DNA from: an uncultured Fibrobacterales bacterium
GTDB taxonomy: Bacteria > Fibrobacterota > Fibrobacteria > Fibrobacterales > CAWVXU01
Length of the DNA: 18,977 nt
Direction of reading: 5' to 3'
NCBI GenBank assembly: GCA_963934255.1
Contig: CAWVXU010000052.1
Coordinates: 1-18,977 of the forward strand
The translations under genes and the position numbers were made by a program. Shown here one piece after another: positions 18,101-18,977 of this stretch. Below the pieces are notes generated by a model. That model ran no database searches, was not told the DNA's origin, and was given only the letters and a program-made list of their open reading frames with translations. Positions within the stretch are counted from its first letter, which is position 1. Every line of letters starts with the position of its first letter.

Positions 18101-18977
18101 GTAGAGCGATATTTTTAACTACATCTAAATATTTCTGTAAATTTAAAATTCCTTGATGAATAATTCTTAAATGTGCATCCATCTCACCCTGGTAAGATTT
18201 TAAAAAATCATCATTTAACTCTCTGCATATTGATTCACAAAAGTTTTCAACCTCATCCTGAGTTGGACTTCTATTAATGTCACTAGAGATATCGATTTGA
18301 GGGATTTTATTCGGCTCGAAATCTTCGTTCAAATTACGAGGTGCATATGGGAAAATTGGAATTTTACTTTCTTCATTACAGTTCCAAATAATTTGATTAT
18401 TTTCTGAAGCATATCTCTCAATGGCGTGAAGCTGCTGTAACAAAACGTACATAGCTCTTTGAAATTGCTGAGTTGTCATTTTATCGAGAATCTCACGCTC
18501 ATGACCAATAGGTTGGTAGAAATGACCCTCAAATGGGTCAGTAGTAATTCCACCATTATCAAAGCCCAATAAACGTATGTCTGAAGCTCCCAAATACAAC
18601 CCCCACATCAATGAGCATGCAAATACATTTTGCGCCCACCTTGGGGCATTATTCTTAATATCTAGTGGCTCCGATTGTTGAATATGGGAGCCTGCTAGCC
18701 ACATTGCGTAGGTAATACTTGGGCGGTTTTTTTCGAGAAATTCACTCGCATATTTTTCTGGGAACAAAAACTGTAAGCGCAAATCTTTAGATTTTTCAAT
18801 TGCTGTTTCTAATACATTTGAATCGCCACCATCTTCTTTTCCCTTAAAAGCACTTGGATGAGCAATTAAATAATAATTGATATCAAGCTCACGGAATTGT
18901 GGATGCAAATAAAATTGATTGACACAAAGGGTATTTTTATCTTTGAGAAAAGTTAAATCAATGTTTTTGAGTGATGG
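15192..18977 (-). CDS. Multidomain protein (5'-partial): DUF115/Maf-like glycosyltransferase-type domain x2 / unnamed domain / TPR / FAAL-like adenylation domain
   Basis: Frame is open to the window edge (PSLKNIDLTFLKDKNTLCVNQFY precedes the track's TTG). DUF115-like repeat 1 (...LYLGASDIRLLGFD...HFY...IWNCNEESKIPIFP) and repeat 2 (RRIFILG...PDYHIIADP...HLGCKEIYLLGFEH...VFNCSQSGVFKMFP). C-terminal ALAQFSSGSTGLQKAV, SWLPLYHDMGLI, YALAENT, TGDLGF, GRKKDLIIVNGKNIYPQDVE, KTSSGKISR. Stop overlaps the next ATG (TAATG). Confidence 0.88.
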   Translation of the reverse strand, partial: PSLKNIDLTFLKDKNTLCVNQFYLHPQFRELDINYYLIAHPSAFKGKEDGGDSNVLETAIEKSKDLRLQFLFPEKYASEFLEKNRPSITYAMWLAGSHIQQSEPLDIKNNAPRWAQNVFACSLMWGLYLGASDIRLLGFDNGGITTDPFEGHFYQPIGHEREILDKMTTQQFQRAMYVLLQQLHAIERYASENNQIIWNCNEESKIPIFPYAPRNLNEDFEPNKIPQIDISSDINRSPTQDEVENFCESICRELNDDFLKSYQGEMDAHLRIIHQGILNLQKYLDVVKNIALPHINCGLTHFWMGLILHKQDPQAALKKYLDSVSTDVVFPLNYESIYFTVESLDQEHSKSQYYRTKYWKSFFKQIQYQVFNYQMEQITFLEPYLVKSKDILWVSQILCAVYIRSNPQKLKNHCKQMIYQWPNHSVFYIGLAHYYLSINDFNEAQSYWTKAQVLDQHLPALAGQIWKGTLPFPTQLDPLRWETQQIKDFSKSSRPQKAVVPILQDFQKHQARRIFILGAEELISEQNLKALKDEIVISVGEFGQQEELELIQPDYHIIADPKSLDSSNVLADQKTLQTLKKFENLDTEFLFPYSYAKSTVDSTEFKKFNIKYFSYDSNFSIQSKINLSTPAPLWGQNVMNLALMLSFHLGCKEIYLLGFEHAGIAVPKVGLQNINENNLNSVFQKKVDQDEVDRCKYVQLNQLHEIREYCQIHKHLVFNCSQSGVFKMFPFCEFESLFPKLNIIKTKQASEQINKTFKTVPDVMEHWVTQDPTAECVSLWNNSNWEKHTRQEFWIKVEHYSELFASHCELNSLILFVKTTDIDLLSAYVGAMKAGLQPAQLSPFTSKISESEYHRKITHILEVTQATCVFTDQSSFEYLQNTGVKLLTKESVKGELVHKVVYSDIALAQFSSGSTGLQKAVFLKHSGIISHMDHYANLLEINPNDRLVSWLPLYHDMGLIACYLMPLMKGIPFMMMDAFHWLAKPQILIDTISEYKGTLCYLPNFAYHVLAKKCYDKDLSSMRAFVNCSEPAKPETHQIFKEHFRSVKPQALSVCYALAENTYAVSQTDLRFAPKEVVLNKVKLLSCGTIMENTKVQILEPDSQGVGEVLIQGACIFDRFLDNEDKMIDGFYPTGDLGFIHENELFITGRKKDLIIVNGKNIYPQDVEYVSSSVSGVYPGRVVCFGVENQDSGSQDLIVQVEPQESTNNSQLILRVQQTIELEIGLLPKLVEVVPYMSLVKTSSGKISRARNKELFEERAS

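Noticed and set aside
18906..18908. TTG start given by the ORF track for the 1238-aa protein
   Set aside because: The frame stays open to 18977 and encodes the conserved PSLKNIDL...VN segment, so the true start is outside the window.
16761..18977. MptE (6-hydroxymethylpterin diphosphokinase) function for the DUF115 domains
   Set aside because: The family name is shared, but the glycan-locus context and TPR/GT neighbours favour a Maf/sialyltransferase-like role.
1..18977. CRISPR array, tRNA/rRNA, IS elements, ops/JUMPstart element, complete NRPS/PKS
   Set aside because: By eye I saw no spaced direct repeats, RNA gene signatures, transposase motifs, GGCGGTAG in the intergenic regions, or condensation/ketosynthase domains.

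Overview
AT-rich bacterial surface-glycan locus in three blocks. (1) Minus strand 8175->1: a tightly coupled operon of wecB, an SLBB/Wza-like export protein, wzz, a WbpO/TviB/Gna-type dehydrogenase and WbpB/WbpD/WbpE-like genes. This is the established route to UDP-2,3-diacetamido-2,3-dideoxy-hexuronic acid; the last gene runs off the left edge and is absent from the ORF track. (2) A plus-strand two-gene cassette (MxxxK-type sugar-nucleotide 4,6-dehydratase plus UDP-sulfoquinovose synthase SqdB), flanked by a truncated GT4 remnant and a bidirectional terminator. (3) Two giant translationally coupled minus-strand genes with unusual architecture: [DUF115/Maf-like]-[unnamed domain]-[TPR]-[degenerate DUF115]-[FAAL-like adenylation domain], followed by [SGNH-like]-[acyl carrier domain with DSL Ser]-[same unnamed domain]-[TPR]-[GT2]-[GT2]. 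Block 3 is the best candidate for an undescribed system: a thiotemplated (A domain -> carrier -> SGNH) acylation line fused directly to glycosyltransferases. All assignments come from motif recognition by eye; no database searches were run, so novelty is unverified.
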